A DNA stretch of 54,488 bases, filler included, from Sluysia triapertura (lineage: Eukaryota), in NCBI GenBank assembly GCA_046118255.1. It is 4 parts of 4 records of this genome, joined end to end, with 100 filler letters (N's around TTAATTAATTAA, not from the genome) between each part and the next. Parts side by side here need not be neighbours in the genome. Positions count along the whole stretch, not along the records: positions 14,503 to 29,821 come from JBJNIA010231565.1; positions 29,922 to 40,831 come from JBJNIA010191662.1; 2 more parts are not named here. The stretch is one strand, 5' to 3'. The notes beneath the pieces are model-generated. The model was not told where the DNA came from and did not search any database. It worked only from the letters and a program-made list of their open reading frames with translations. Below are positions 27,101-40,931 of the stretch, one piece after another (the first letter of the stretch is position 1; the number at the start of each line of letters is the position of its first letter). A program made the position numbers and the translations under genes.

Positions 27101-27949
27101 ACTCTAAAACTATGTAAAATATAACTTAAAAAATCTAAAATCATTTAGAAAAACTTGTAAGGATTCTAAATCACCAAAAAATTATTTTTCGAAAAAAGAA
27201 AATTCGAATCAGAACATTTCATTTTGTAGTGAATGCTAAATTAATCAGAAAGCTTAAACTTTTTCACAGTAGCCTCTGTAAAAGCATAAATATGTCACAG
27301 AAATAATTAATGTTTTTGTTATGCATAATGTAAAATAAATTAATACAAAATTCAGTGAAATTATCAAAAAAACTATTTTCACGTAAGCCTAGACATTAAA
27401 CAATCTTACAAGTATAAATGCAATGTTTTTATGTTTCTGAGAAAATGAGACAAAACTATACTAGTACTAAATAACAGTTATTTCTGTTAGTTATTCTTGC
27501 TTATTAAGTACTAATCAAATATTAATTTATATTTTTTCTATTATTTTTCATTTCAATTTTTAAGAAAGATATTTCTTATTACAAATCGAAGTTCACGTTT
27601 TTTATTTAATTAATTAATTAACAATTTTTTAAAATTTTATAATTTGTTTCATGTTTAATAATACACGATTTAAATTGCAAATCAGTTTTTATTTATAATG
27701 TTTATTTTATTTTTAAATAATTTCATAAATTAATTATAATCAAATCAAATTAAAAAACAAATGAAATACAAAATAACATTTATCAAACTTCAACATCAAT
27801 TAATACTAATTAATAAAGATAAAAATGATGATAAAATGCCGACTTTCACTTATTTTAATCATTTGTTTAATGTGTAATTTGTTTCACAATAAAACATTAA
27901 ATTTTGTTTATTGGAAAACTTGTTTATTATATTTAGTTTTTATTAAAAG

Positions 27950-30141
27950 TGTGGTGGCTTAAAACCTAACTTATTACTTTATTATGTATGTCCACAATCT
28001 AAATCAAAGGATTTAAATCAATTATGACTAAACGTTGCTTTCTCATAACTCTCATTTTCTACTTTCTATACAGTTCCACATATTACTTATTCACATTCAC
28101 CTAATCTAAAACCATTATACGCAAGACAATACCAACCTTATAATACTTCTATTAAACATAATTGGTCAATAAACCTTCAATTCACACTCGCAATATTATC
28201 TTTTATATTTATAAATCAATTCATAACTCTTAAGATATATTACAAAGCACTCAACGCATTTCATTTTATCGATTTCCCAATTTGTTGTAAATTTAATCTT
28301 GATATATTCTTTTTTTATTGCATCATTACTTCGTAATAAGAATTGGTTAAAAAGAATAAATGTATTTTTTTAAACTAAGCAATTTAATTGTACTCAGTAC
28401 CTATTAATGTCTAATAGTCATCAAATAATTACTATACATTACATTATGGACTGGAAAAAAGACGTGAAAAACCAATTTAATAATTAAGAATAATAAACTT
28501 GGTAATATACCTTACTGCATATATGATGATTATATTATCATTCCAAAAGAAACAAATGCATTACAATGTTGAAAGAAGATAATCTGTACACTAAATCAGA
28601 TGGCTACAACCGAGTAAATGATAATAATAGATATAATCGTTTTAATAATAAAAATAGTGAAAAATTTTAATATTATTTCCATCATCTTTGTTTTTGTGAC
28701 GTATTTGATAATCGTTATGTATATATTTGATAATCATTAGTGTGTATATTGGTTTTAATTATTGATTATTTTATTAATTGTATGATAATTCAATTAACAA
28801 TTATTTTAATTATTGATTAATACCAATCTTTATCTCAGAAATTTTGGAATTATTTAATTATCCTTTATCTTAATGTAAGTAAAAAATTTACTATTTAATA
28901 AATATATATTATAAAATAAAATATTAAAATTATCATTTAAATTAATGTAAATAAAAATTTACTATTTAAATAAAATATTATAAAATAACTTAAAATATTA
29001 AAACTATTGTTTTAAATTGGCCTAAAGGTCATTTAAAACTTATATATAAATGCAAAATTTTCTACACAGCTCACACAGTTTTCAGTTTTTATAACAAACT
29101 TTTCACAACTGACTATTTTCGCAACATTTTTCAACCTTAGCAACACAATCAACTAACTTACTGTTTGGACACAATTTTTGAATTCTGAAGTACAAAAATA
29201 TTTACAAAAATATTTCGTTTGATTTTAATATACTACTTAAAATGTACAGGATCTTACACATAAAAGACTAAAGTTCATTTTTAAATTTTTGTATATTTTG
29301 TATATAGCAGATTAAACGATTACACTTGTAGATACATTCATTGTTAATCTTACTGGTACCGAATATATTCATCCCAACGATTAATAAACAACCATTTATA
29401 ATGTTTCGACTTTGTGGACTTTAATTTATTGCACTTATGTTATTAAAATTTTTGTTGGTGAATTTATTTTGCTTTTTCTTTTCTACTGATTCAGTGTTTC
29501 AATTCTGAATTTTTATAACTAATATTTTATATGATTCAATTTTTCTTGTGTTTTACCAATTTTTTGTGATGAGCTTAAAAGGTCTTATTATTCATAATTC
29601 TTATTAATTTCTTTGTTATTACTTCAAATTTATTATTAATATTTTTATATTATTTACAAATTAGTTTAACAGTGTTAAATATTAGTTCTAACCTTGACTG
29701 TGTTATTATGTTGGGAATGAGAAACACGTAGAATCATTAGATGAAAGAAAAAACTGATACAAAGTGATGGATTGAACATGGTAAACATTGTTGGAATAAG
29801 AATCATGAAAGTAAAAACATCNNNNNNNNNNNNNNNNNNNNNNNNNNNNNNNNNNNNNNNNNNNNTTAATTAATTAANNNNNNNNNNNNNNNNNNNNNNN
29901 NNNNNNNNNNNNNNNNNNNNNTTTGGTGAAGTGTTTAATGAGCCAATGTTATGGATTGGTTGGACTGGATGTAAAAGTTTATTGAGTTGGAAATGTTTAA
30001 GATATGGATTGATTTGTTGTTGAATGTAGGTTGGTGAAGTGTTATGATTGTGTAGTGTTTATGGTTAAAGAGTATGGTGTTAGTAAGGTTATTTTTATTA
30101 AGATTTATTTTAATCTTAAGTTATTGAAGTTGACCACTACA
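27950..30141. mobile_element. Non-autonomous TGT...ACA element with 4-bp TSD, same family as 17508-21791
   Basis: AAAG|TGTGGTGGCTT ... GTTGACCACTACA|AAAG. CA-rich left arm and GT-rich right arm; the right end aligns with 21745-21791. Spans an assembly gap. Confidence 0.7.
29822..29921. other. Assembly gap with artificial linker
   Basis: 100-bp N run with central TTAATTAATTAA. Confidence 0.97.
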
Positions 30142-31569
30142 AAAGTATTTTATAAGGAGTTAATAAGCGCAAAGAATCGTTTAATCACATTAGATCAATT
30201 TATAAAAACAACATGGTTTTTTCATCACCAATTTAGAACGCTTAATTAATTCTAATAGTAATTCAGAAAGTTATGAGTATGTACCAATATTGATCGAAGT
30301 AAATGTTTAGCAGTCGTCAAACTGACTCTATCATAAACCTATTTTATTATTCTAGTGAGTTTTTAGTATTGTAATATATTTTTTATTTTAAATCGAGAGT
30401 TTCATTACTGATTCTTTTATGAGTAAGAGGATAAATCACTATACCGTAATTTAGTTCGTATTAAAATTAAAATAAAAATCAATGAATTGAGTTTGGTCAT
30501 AAAAATTGAAATAAATTCTTATCAAAGGCGATTCACTTCTCTTAAGGTTGAAATGAAGTTTCCATTTTCATGAATCATCTAAGAGCATATTTTTATCGGC
30601 TTCGGCCAATTCTATTTTAAGTATGTAACAACTTAGCCACCAACGACTTATGATTCCCACAAGCAAATGTCAGTTAAAGGTAAATATAGTTTAGGTATAT
30701 TACACGATCAATATTAAATATCTTTGAACTTTAGAAGCTCTCTGAATGGGACTTTTGCCTTACACAATAAAATTCACCGAGTTCAGATTTCATTCTTTAA
30801 AGAATCTAACATCAGATGCAGCATAATGATGTTACTCCTTCCACACTTTTGAAACATTTGTTATTTTCTCTCAGACGGTGTTTTGGTGCTTTTCAACCAC
30901 TTTATTTGATGTCACCTACCTCATCATTATGTAAAGAAAATCCGGAAATAAATTAGAGACTTATTTCATTATTTGATCTGAACGATAAATAATATTTCAT
31001 ATTAATATTTATTATAAGTTTTAAACTTCGAACTAATTCTTTACATTAAAATTCTGAATGATGTTTGTAATGTTCGATCGTTTTTTTTGATGACATTCCT
31101 TAATAATAGAAGTGTTTGCGCTGTGGAGTTTAGTTTTAGAGTGCAGAAAAAATAGAAATCAAATAGGATAAACAATATTATTTTTCTATATTTGACTTGC
31201 AATTAAAAAATCGAAATTTTCAGCTTTTTGATAATATTTGACGTATAATTTCCGTCTCGTTTACAGTTGATTGTGTATTATCTTCGATTTTATTGAATAG
31301 TCTAACTATATCTTTCATAATTTTTAAGTGAATAAAAGATTAAAATTATAACTTTAGTTATTAGTAAAATAAAAATGAATATTTTTGAAAAATGCAAAAT
31401 TCTGTCAATTTTGTATCGTGAATAATTAAAAACCAAATTTTCAGTTAAAATATTGTGTAAACAATAGAATTAAAATTAGTAAAATAATTTACGAATTTTT
31501 AATTATTTGTTTAAATATGAATTAAGTTTGCGAAACATTTAATAGTATAACTTCATTAAATTAAAAATT

Positions 31570-31878
31570 GGGTAAAGTAAGGGGGCCAATTTAACTAATT
31601 AAAATAATAATTAAATATGTAAATAAATTAGAATATTAATTGGTTTTCAGATATTTTAATGGCATATAATACAAAAATACATATTTTAAAGGTTTATTAA
31701 ATATATATCAACAATATTTGATATATATTTAAAATATATGTTATGTAATTGAAGTAGCATTAATTATATTTTATATTTTAGTATTATTTAATATTTTGTA
31801 TTTAACTAATTTATTTAATATTTATTTATTTATTATTTTAATTAATTAAATTGACTCCCTTATTGTACATCTTTACCC
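31570..31878. mobile_element. Foldback MITE with long TIRs (GGG termini, possibly Mutator-like)
   Basis: Left GGGTAAAG-TAAGGGGGCCAATTTAACTAATTAAAATAATAA versus reverse complement of the right end GGGTAAAGATGTACAATAAGGGAGTCAATTTAATTAATTAAAATAATAA. No clean TSD. Confidence 0.75.
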
Positions 31879-32587
31879 AAACAATTTCTAATCTGAATGC
31901 ATCAAAACATGGATATTGTTAATGTTGGGAAGGCTTTTTATATTTTGTCGATATTAAATTAAAATTATTTTTAGTTAATTTTTTGATTACAAAAGGATTA
32001 TTAAAAGAATGAAATTTTATTTTTTTAATGGGTTTAAAGTCTTAACTAAACGATAACATTTTAATTTTACAACCATTAAAAAACGATTATCTTTACGACT
32101 TAATAAACTAGGCTAAAGCCTTTAAAAAATAACAATTAAATCAAAACGATGTAATTTGAAACTTTATTTACAAAACAATAAAACATTGCAGAAAAACTTT
32201 AAAATGTACTTACATCATAAGAATATGGTAGTAATAAATGTCCAAATTTTATTATATAAACTGTTGTTACATAAATACCAAAAAAAGTTAGACATAGAAT
32301 ACTCCCGTGAATTTATTCTAAAATACCAAACTTCATGAAGTTTTACCATATATTGAATAATACAAATTTCGAAATAATATAGCGATAATTGTAAGATAAG
32401 CAGTGTTTATTGTTGTAAACATATTTCACAAAATAAATAACTAATTTCTGAAAGACGTTTATTTAAAAACAAATCAATAATTATATTAATTTTTTGACAT
32501 AAAATTTTTGTATATAGTAAATAAAATTTATATTATAAAACTTGATAATTGTAATTTATTGTGATATTAATTTTGGATTGATATCAT

Positions 32588-33242
32588 TTAAACTGAAGTT
32601 TCGGAATTCGTTTGCAAAATAAATCGATTTAATGAACTATCGAATATTTTTTCGTGTAAAGTAAAAACTGGTATGCTTGTATGGTGCAGATTAATGATAA
32701 ATTTTCTATTTTACAATGACTAGGTTTTAACTGAAAAGCTAATCCATCAAATACGGTATTTGATAGCGCACATTGGCTAATAACACTCAATTCTAATCTT
32801 ACATTAGATTCACTTGGATGTGACAGTTTAATAGAATCTAATATAATTAAATTCGGCGATAATTTCTGAACCATAAATCTAGCTGACAGTTTGTAACTAA
32901 GACATTCGGCTAAAATACTAGTTACTGTTATACTATTAAAAGCCAATTGCCGTTTAGAAGCTCTTAACAGCTACTGTAATAGTTTCATGACTGTTGGAAG
33001 TAATGTCTGTGCTGCTTCGTAGGCTCCTAAACTGTTTTGTTGATTATCATCTTCTGATAAGCGTACATGACTCATAGATTCTTCTATTGCCACCAGTAAG
33101 CGCATTTGATGTTTTTTGAATTTTTTGTCCCATTCTAGTTCTTCGTAAAGTATTGCAGATGTTCTGCCTGATATTGATGAAAACTTTTGATGACGCTTTG
33201 AACCAACTCTACGTCATAATCAGGAAAATCCGATACGTACCA
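32588..33242 (-). pseudogene. VANGL: Vang-like / Van Gogh / Strabismus 3' half; intronless and disabled (two frameshifts, one TAG)
   Basis: WYVSDFPDY / LYEELEWDKKFKKHQMRLLVAIEESMSHV...AYEAAQTLLPTVMKLLQ*LLRASKRQ...LAECLSYKLSARFMVQK...VFDGLAFQLK...LSLICTIQ / PVFTLHEKIFDSSLNRFILQTNSETSV*. Matches the Vangl C-terminal cytoplasmic region, including the ETSV PDZ-binding motif. Confidence 0.9.
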
Positions 33243-34870
33243 TTTATTATATTGAAAAACAATTTATAGATATATACTGCCCATTTTATTTTTCTCTCAA
33301 TGCACGGAAACAATTTTTGATTTCAGCTGTTAATTATATTTCTACGTCAACAGTAGAAGTTGTTGATCGACTCGTACTGAAACAGTAATCTTGTTATGAG
33401 TCTGTATTATTCATAAATGAAGTTTGAAATAGATTATTCATCTTTATTATATTGTAAAACAATTTATAGATAACTACCGCCCATTTTAACTCTGGACCAA
33501 TCTGTAACAAGAAGTATTCGTTCACGATTGTACTTCATTTGATTCTTATTACGAGTCAATAAAAAGAATTCCCAAGCCCACATTTGAACCTTCACATTTA
33601 ATAAAACATATACGAATGTGTGCTTGAATGATTGTATTTCCACGTGAAACACACGATTCCACTTAAAGCAGCTTCTTTCTACGAATTAAACATTTGTGAT
33701 ACGGAATATGGGAAAATGTTACCATTGTATATAGTTGTATCCAATGTCTTGGAAATATTTTGTACTAAATTTTATCGAATGTAAGTCGAATAAGAAATAA
33801 GTTTGATGTGACATGTTTTCTCATTTCAACTTAGTTGTAAAAAGCTAAGTCATACATACTGTGAGCATCCTTTGGCCGGTCTTAAGAAAACTTTTCACAT
33901 ACACCGTACATTTCGTTCCTTGTCCGTAGATTGGTACCATTGCATGAATTTTCATAATTATACTTATCGCATTTTACTGTAATCATTCAATTAATCAATT
34001 AGATTAGATCTGTAGATAGTGTTGATAAACCAGGATGACTGCTCTTTGTATTGTTATAAATAGTAGAAGTACAAGAATGTGGTGAATATATCCCGATGAA
34101 AGAACCTTCTTCATTGACAGTGCATCAAGTGCATCTATGTAATTCATCTGAGAATACGATATGAAACTTTCATTTTCGCTAAACGCTTACTATTCGACTA
34201 TGAATAATATCTATTTGTTGTTCGATTCGCACAATTTGATTGAAATGTTGGAGTTGTTAAAAGATCAAATTTTATAACAGATACTAAATAAATACTTCGT
34301 AGATCAACACATAAATAAATATATACATAAATATATATAAATATATAAACTGGAAAAAATGAAAGGATAAGAAGAAGGATTGATAATAAGGATAAAGGAA
34401 ATAATAATGATAACAATAACGTGCTTATTATGTTTATTAATAACGGCATTGTTGATGTCGATTAAAAAGATTCACATTGTTGCATTGATGATGAAAAATT
34501 AGCAAAAGATACCGTTCTATAAATTCGTTGCGAATCCAGTTTCGCATATTGAATGAACAACCAAATTTGTAAATTTGTAAATTAACCAAATGAGTTAAAC
34601 AAGCTGATTTAATGAAGATTTTCAAGATTAATTTGTAAAATTCAAAGGTGGCAAAGAAACGAGTAAAGCAATATTGGTATTATTTGAAAAGATGTGTTAA
34701 TGAAGTTTTGAACTGAGTTTTTCATCAAAAATGCAAAAAAGAAAGTTTTAAATATGGAATTGAACATTTTTCGGTGCTTAGTTAATATAAAGTTGCATAA
34801 GCTGAAGGACTTGATGGTACTTTAATAGTTTAAAAATGAGATAATAAAGGCAAGCCAATACAAGTCAATT
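33243..34870 (-). mobile_element. Possible decayed non-LTR retrotransposon 3' region (L1/Tx1-like) with a duplicated 3' tail
   Basis: Fragments SLPP..LKIFIKSACLTHL and TKCTVCEKFS*DRPKDAHSMY (CxxC..H-like). A ~46-bp tail ending in AATAAA on the minus strand is present twice (33243-33288 and 33443-33488). Confidence 0.35.
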
Positions 34871-35533
34871 TTATATAGATTCAACAAATTTATAAACAAA
34901 ACAGGGCAAAAATAAACCAAAACATAACATAAATGATCGCATGAGAACATCGTATATGCTGTGATTTTTCTAATGCTAAACCTACGACAAAATAAAAATT
35001 AAGCAAGGTTCGGTTTTTCTTAAGCGTCTTAACAACTAGTAGTTGGCACCTCTGTAACTAATAAGTTGAAAATCTTTCTACAATTACTTAAAATATCACG
35101 TTTAACACGTTTAGATGGTCTTAAACTTAAAATATTATAATGAGTAAAAACTCAATCAATTTTTGAAGTTTATTGAATTAATGCACGTGTAGATTATATT
35201 ATAAGACAAAATAAAAGATAATAAAATAAAATGTGATTAATATATTAAGATCTAAATCCTTTTCGGATATTCGATCTGATGATTTTTAAAGTTTGAGTGT
35301 AAAATTTCCCCTCAATATATCGAGGTCCTTACTAAAAAATGGATATTATAACTAAAATTGATTTTTAGTAGATTTTAAGATTTTGATTTTAGGAAACTTA
35401 GCAATAAAATAATTTACCCTTGTATGGTGCAAATATCCCTTGATTAAATCTTTTGACTGCAATCCAATCTGAGTTGTTTTACACCAAATTGCAATTTAGC
35501 TTGACTAAAAATTTTAAAATGTCAATTTTCATT

Positions 35534-35745
35534 AAACTGATGCTAGTTTATATACTAGTCATCAGCCAATGAAAATCGATGGAATGCTCTCGAACATTCT
35601 AGAAGCTTCTATTCTTTTTATAGAAGGCAATTCTTTTAGCAATTTTATTTTCATTTTGGAAAATTAATATTTTTTAGGTGTTTTTGGCATTTATAAATGT
35701 TTTTAAAACATTTTGTGAGATTTTAAATGGTCGTGATGGCAACCT
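35534..35745 (+). repeat. Dispersed repeat, copy 2
   Basis: Alignable by eye to 23864-24125. Confidence 0.8.
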
Positions 35746-37199
35746 AACCACTTTATTCATCAAAAATTCTGATAATTGGAGTGATGAATTGATGGCCTAA
35801 TCCTTTGCAAAAAGTAAACATATTTTAGGTAATTTTTTACTGCACAAAAAGCACAAAAACTTACACAGTCCAGTGATTATGCTATACGATATCTTGTCAT
35901 GGACTCAATAATTAAATCTGTTTAAGAAAATATAATAAAATTAATTAAAGAAATTAATTATTTATATAACTTTTGTATTCTATAAACTTGATAATTTCAA
36001 AATTAAATCATCTGTACTTTAAAAGTAAATTTTCCACCAATAAATAAAATAAAAGTGATTTAATTAAATTTATTCCAATAATATAAATCTAAATAATTCA
36101 AACTGATGCATATTTTAAAATATTTTAAATAAATTTCAATTCATGTATTTTGTCTTGTGCAATAGGAAACGAGAATATCTGAGTTGCAATGAAATACGTG
36201 GTAGAAAAATATCCTACACTGCACATACAAAAATATAAAGTTTGTAAGACGATACAAATAAAATTTTATCCTAAATAATTATAATCGATTTTAAAAACTG
36301 ACGATAAAGAATAAACAAAAATTTCACGTTAAATGGATACAAATGACCTGAATAAATACTTCAATCACATTTATTGATATGTACAACATAAATTTAATTT
36401 AAATAATATAATGAATACTTACTCAACCTGATAAAATTCAAATCTTATTATATTAATTCAGTGATCGGGCAACTTCTACCTCCACTACCTCAATGTGATT
36501 TTACTAATTTTGTCATTACCTTGTAAAATATGATGTTTACTCATTTTTGGGGGTAATTTAGTCCTGTTCCCCGTTTTTCTACTATACTCGCACACACAAT
36601 ACAATCGACTGCACTGCTACAACTCGAGATAGGAAATAACTGACTAAAACTACATCCCAAATATTTGTAACCGTTTCTAAGGACTAAAATATTAAATTAT
36701 AAACTATTTTGATTTTCTCACTTTATAATTATCTTACACAGTTATACATAGTAATAACGCTGTTTTTCAAGTTGAATGTTTGGTGATGGTAAATCTTTAA
36801 AAACTTTTTTCATTTTTGAAAATTAAAATTATTTAAAATTTCGTTCAACCCTCTCTAAAAAAAGAAATTCACGTTTACCTCATTGGGTTAATTTATCTCT
36901 CGGACAACAGCATTAATTCAAAAGAATTGTTTAGAAAACGGGAATTTGAATTAGCTGAATTTGCTTCTACAAATTTGAAATTAGGCAAAGAACATAATAT
37001 TATTTAAGAAAAGTCAATGTTTTGGAAATGCATAAGTAAATTGTGTTGTGAAAAAATTGTCTAGATTTTCTGATCCAGTAGTTATTGTGTTGCCGAAAAC
37101 AATAAAGTAAAAATTAAAATGAATTTATTATCCATTCAAAAATTTAATCAAGATTTTGGATTTTTGAAACGAATATTACGTGATTTTACTTCGTTTGTT

Positions 37200-37715
37200 C
37201 TTATCTAAGAGATGTAGTTCTTTCATTTTAAATAACATCTGACTCCACTTATATCTTATCAAACACCAAATGAATCTTTTTTATCTAAGCTAATCTGAGG
37301 AGTTGGTCGTGCTTGCCCTACAAAAAGCTTCTTATTTTTCTAGCCCATATTTTTCATCTTCGTAACAACTCAGTTCTGATGATAAAGAAGTGACATATTA
37401 GATTATTAGAAATTTGATTTTTTCTGTCAAATTTTGTGAAACACAAACTCCAAATTTTTGTATCTTTCCAAATAGTTTTAAATGATTCAAGACCGTTGCA
37501 TGACTGTTTTCAAGAATCATGGTTATTTCTTTACTTGAAAGTCTTGTATTGGATTGCATAACTCATTATATTACATTATAATCTAGATCTATCTTATACT
37601 TGTTGAAATTATTTTTCAAACATTCTAAATATTTTGGAATTTTATTGAAACCCTCAATGGCTTTAGAATCATCGTTATTCTTGAAAAGAAGTAATGTCGA
37701 ATTTGAACGTGATGC
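37200..37715 (-). mobile_element. Decayed mariner transposase fragment
   Basis: QIRHY.., MQSNTRLSSKEITMILENSHATVLNHLKLFGKIQKFGVCVSQNLTE (HTH plus a degenerate WVPHEL motif) and ARPTPQISLDKK..GV**DISGV (VWWDxxG motif). Confidence 0.65.
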
Positions 37716-40700
37716 TGAATGTATTTAAAAATAATAAATAATAATAAAATAAATGAAATTTACTTTTTAAATTTAAAGCTACGATTTATGTTTTATTGAT
37801 TACAATAAATATATAAACAATGCTATTTAATTTTTACATCTTAAAGAAAATTTTTCCAGACTTTTTTCAATTTAATATAAAATTACAATTTATTTACTTG
37901 CATCATCTTCATCACCATTATGTATAAATAATATATAGTACTCGTGATATTCATTTGAATGAATCCTAATATTATATTGTGGCTACAGTCGACCGATGAG
38001 TGATGAATTGTCGTACCTAACAGATAAACCAATGTAGTGATAAATTGTTGAAAAATTTTGCTTCTGTTTCAAGAGTGGATGATTTTATAGGTTTTCATAG
38101 GCGTTGATCTATATAACAATAGTAATAGTAATATAAATCAAATGTTCACAGACATTCAATACTAAACATCCATAAACTCAATACTACTTTTCACGGCGAT
38201 ATATTCTACATTTTGTCATATAATTCAAACATCAGCTTACATCAATCCTATAGAATTTTAACTTTATTCAACATTTAACATTAAGGTCATGATTTCACAA
38301 TTTCCTGATTATCTTTCACCTTTTACCATACTACCGCAGCTTCAGAATATACAGTCTAACTGATTAGAAACTGTTCATACTTTATACGTAACATTCAAAT
38401 TGTCATTAGTAAATATGAATTGTCACTTAATAACAACTGCAAGTCAAAAATTGTGAATAAAGCTATCAAATATTACTAAATTGATCAAGAATAGATTTTT
38501 AACAACAGTACTAGTATGAGCAAAGTTATACACAATACAAATAGAACATAATGATAAGTCAAAGTATTTGATTATTTAAACTCTAAGTAAATATTTACTT
38601 GAATTTTGTTTTACATAAACGAACTTTCTTTGTTGATCAAGTTAAATATTGGTGGAATAGTTATTATCGAACTATGAAGCGAGAGGTATTCGATTTTACA
38701 TTTTATTTTATATTTTAAATGTATTCTTTTTCATTTTTGCTATTAAAAATTCACTTATTTAAAACTAATAAATACGTCCTGAGCACTTAAATAAATGAAA
38801 TTTTATTTAACAGAAATACAATCTAATGTGATATTTTTGAAGAAAGTAAAGAGAATATTTTAAATTATCTCCATTCCGAATTAGAATTGCTGGTCTAATA
38901 ATACTTTTATTGATTATAAAAATTTTAATAAAACTTTAACTAAACTTTTAATAAATAAACGATAGAGATGTAAAACTACTAACAAACTTAAAACATTGCC
39001 TGACAACTGTCTTTTCTTTTTTTACGGAGAACTACTCCAAAATTATCTGTTTTTCTGTTTCCTGATTTTTTAATTTAGCACTTTAATTAATTAATTAATT
39101 AATAATGATAATAATAATGAAAGTAAAGTTTAGCATTTCTTTTAATTAGGTCCTTAATAAAATATAAATAAAATTTAAATAGAACTAAATTGATTCTTAA
39201 AAGTAGTATAAAAATTAGAACTAATTAAAAATTACTACCTCTGTTCAAAATTGATTGTCTCATTTGACATTTGCTGCTAACTTAACAATATAAGATGACA
39301 ATAAGTCGTTTGTTTATGAGCAATAGGATCATAAATTTTTGGGAAGTAATTGTTCAGTTTATAATAATTTTATAAATAACTAGCAATTGGCTGTGCACTA
39401 AAAATAACATGTTGTTATTTTCTTTTCAGTACAAATAACTTTAAATCATGGAGGTTAAACGTTCTGTAGTAAAGTACAGAAATGTCATCCTGCAAACACT
39501 TCTGGTGCGATCTAACAATTGGAAATTGCCAATTTATAAATAAAATTATCATCAGATATAACATGTAAATTTATAGTTAAGCGTCACACTATTCAAGTTA
39601 AATTAATATTCGGCACGAAAATCGGTTGTAGAATAAACATTTATTCGAAATATAATTCTTAATCATTAGCAAATCACATAACATTTCGTCCCATAAAAGA
39701 TGAGTATTATTCATGGAATTATATCCATAATAATTTTACCACATTTGTGGTCTGTAATAATCCATTAAAATTAACGTTTGAAAATTTGATTTCGCTTACT
39801 CTATTGTACATTTTTATCAACATGAATTATTGATACCTTTTCGCAAAACCGCATTTATGCAAGTGTTTAAATACGATTACAATGGATAACTTCAACTGTC
39901 ACTAACGAATACCTGTGTTTAATTAACGATTTTTGATATAATTTGGACAATTCAAACAACCTTATTCATCCTGAGTAATAAACGTTTTATTCGTTTATCT
40001 TCTTTGTGTTGAATTAGTTTTGTTTAATAAAAATTTCGAGTTTATCTTGTTTGTTTAATTGAATTGTTCAAAATTTTGATATTTCATTTTGTAAAATCCT
40101 TAAGCCGAAATTAAATTTGAATATATTAAATACATTGTTGAATTTAAAGAAAAGTATAAACGAAATTATTGGTTTTTTCAAAATGGCATGTTCAGAAAAA
40201 TCAAATGTCGCATGATGAAAAAAGTTTACTTGTAACATCAACTTATATGCTAATTCGGAATACAATCAAGGCAGCAGAAATGGTTTTTCTTTAAAATCAA
40301 AAGTTTTATTAATACGATTCATTTATAAGCAATTTAATATTTCAAAATGTTCTATGAGATTCGATGTACATCTATTTAGAGAAAAATTTGATGAAATGTT
40401 GTCGAAATAGCCATGAAATTGATGTGCAGTTAAGGTTCAACTTTCATGAATCATCCAAAATCATAATTTTTTTACCATTTTCGGCCAATTTTACTAGAAG
40501 TATTTTGTCTCGTGGTCAATGGATCGTTTTCTGGTGTCATTGATATCTTTACATCTGTAAGAATGTACATATTTTTTAAATTTTTATTTATGTGTTTTGA
40601 AAAATATTTTAATTTTTAAATTTATAAAAATATTGTAAAATTTATTTGAAATTATATATTATAAAAAATTACTAATTTAATTACATTAAAATAAAAATTA

Positions 40701-40831
40701 TCACAAACGAAACTTCTAGAAAGAAGTTTGTTTTAACAAAATAAAATTAAAAATATGTCTTTATTCACATATAAAGACTCATTGTAAAAATTGGAAGCCA
40801 TAATTAATTCATCACTAGTTAAACAATTTCA

Positions 40832-40931
40832 NNNNNNNNNNNNNNNNNNNNNNNNNNNNNNNNNNNNNNNNNNNNTTAATTAATTAANNNNNNNNNNNNN
40901 NNNNNNNNNNNNNNNNNNNNNNNNNNNNNNN
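40832..40931. other. Assembly gap with artificial linker
   Basis: 100-bp N run with central TTAATTAATTAA. Confidence 0.97.

Noticed and set aside
35530-35580. Possible hammerhead ribozyme (CTGATGA followed by a stem on the minus strand)
   Set aside because: The required GAAA after stem II is absent; the sequence forms a simple hairpin instead.
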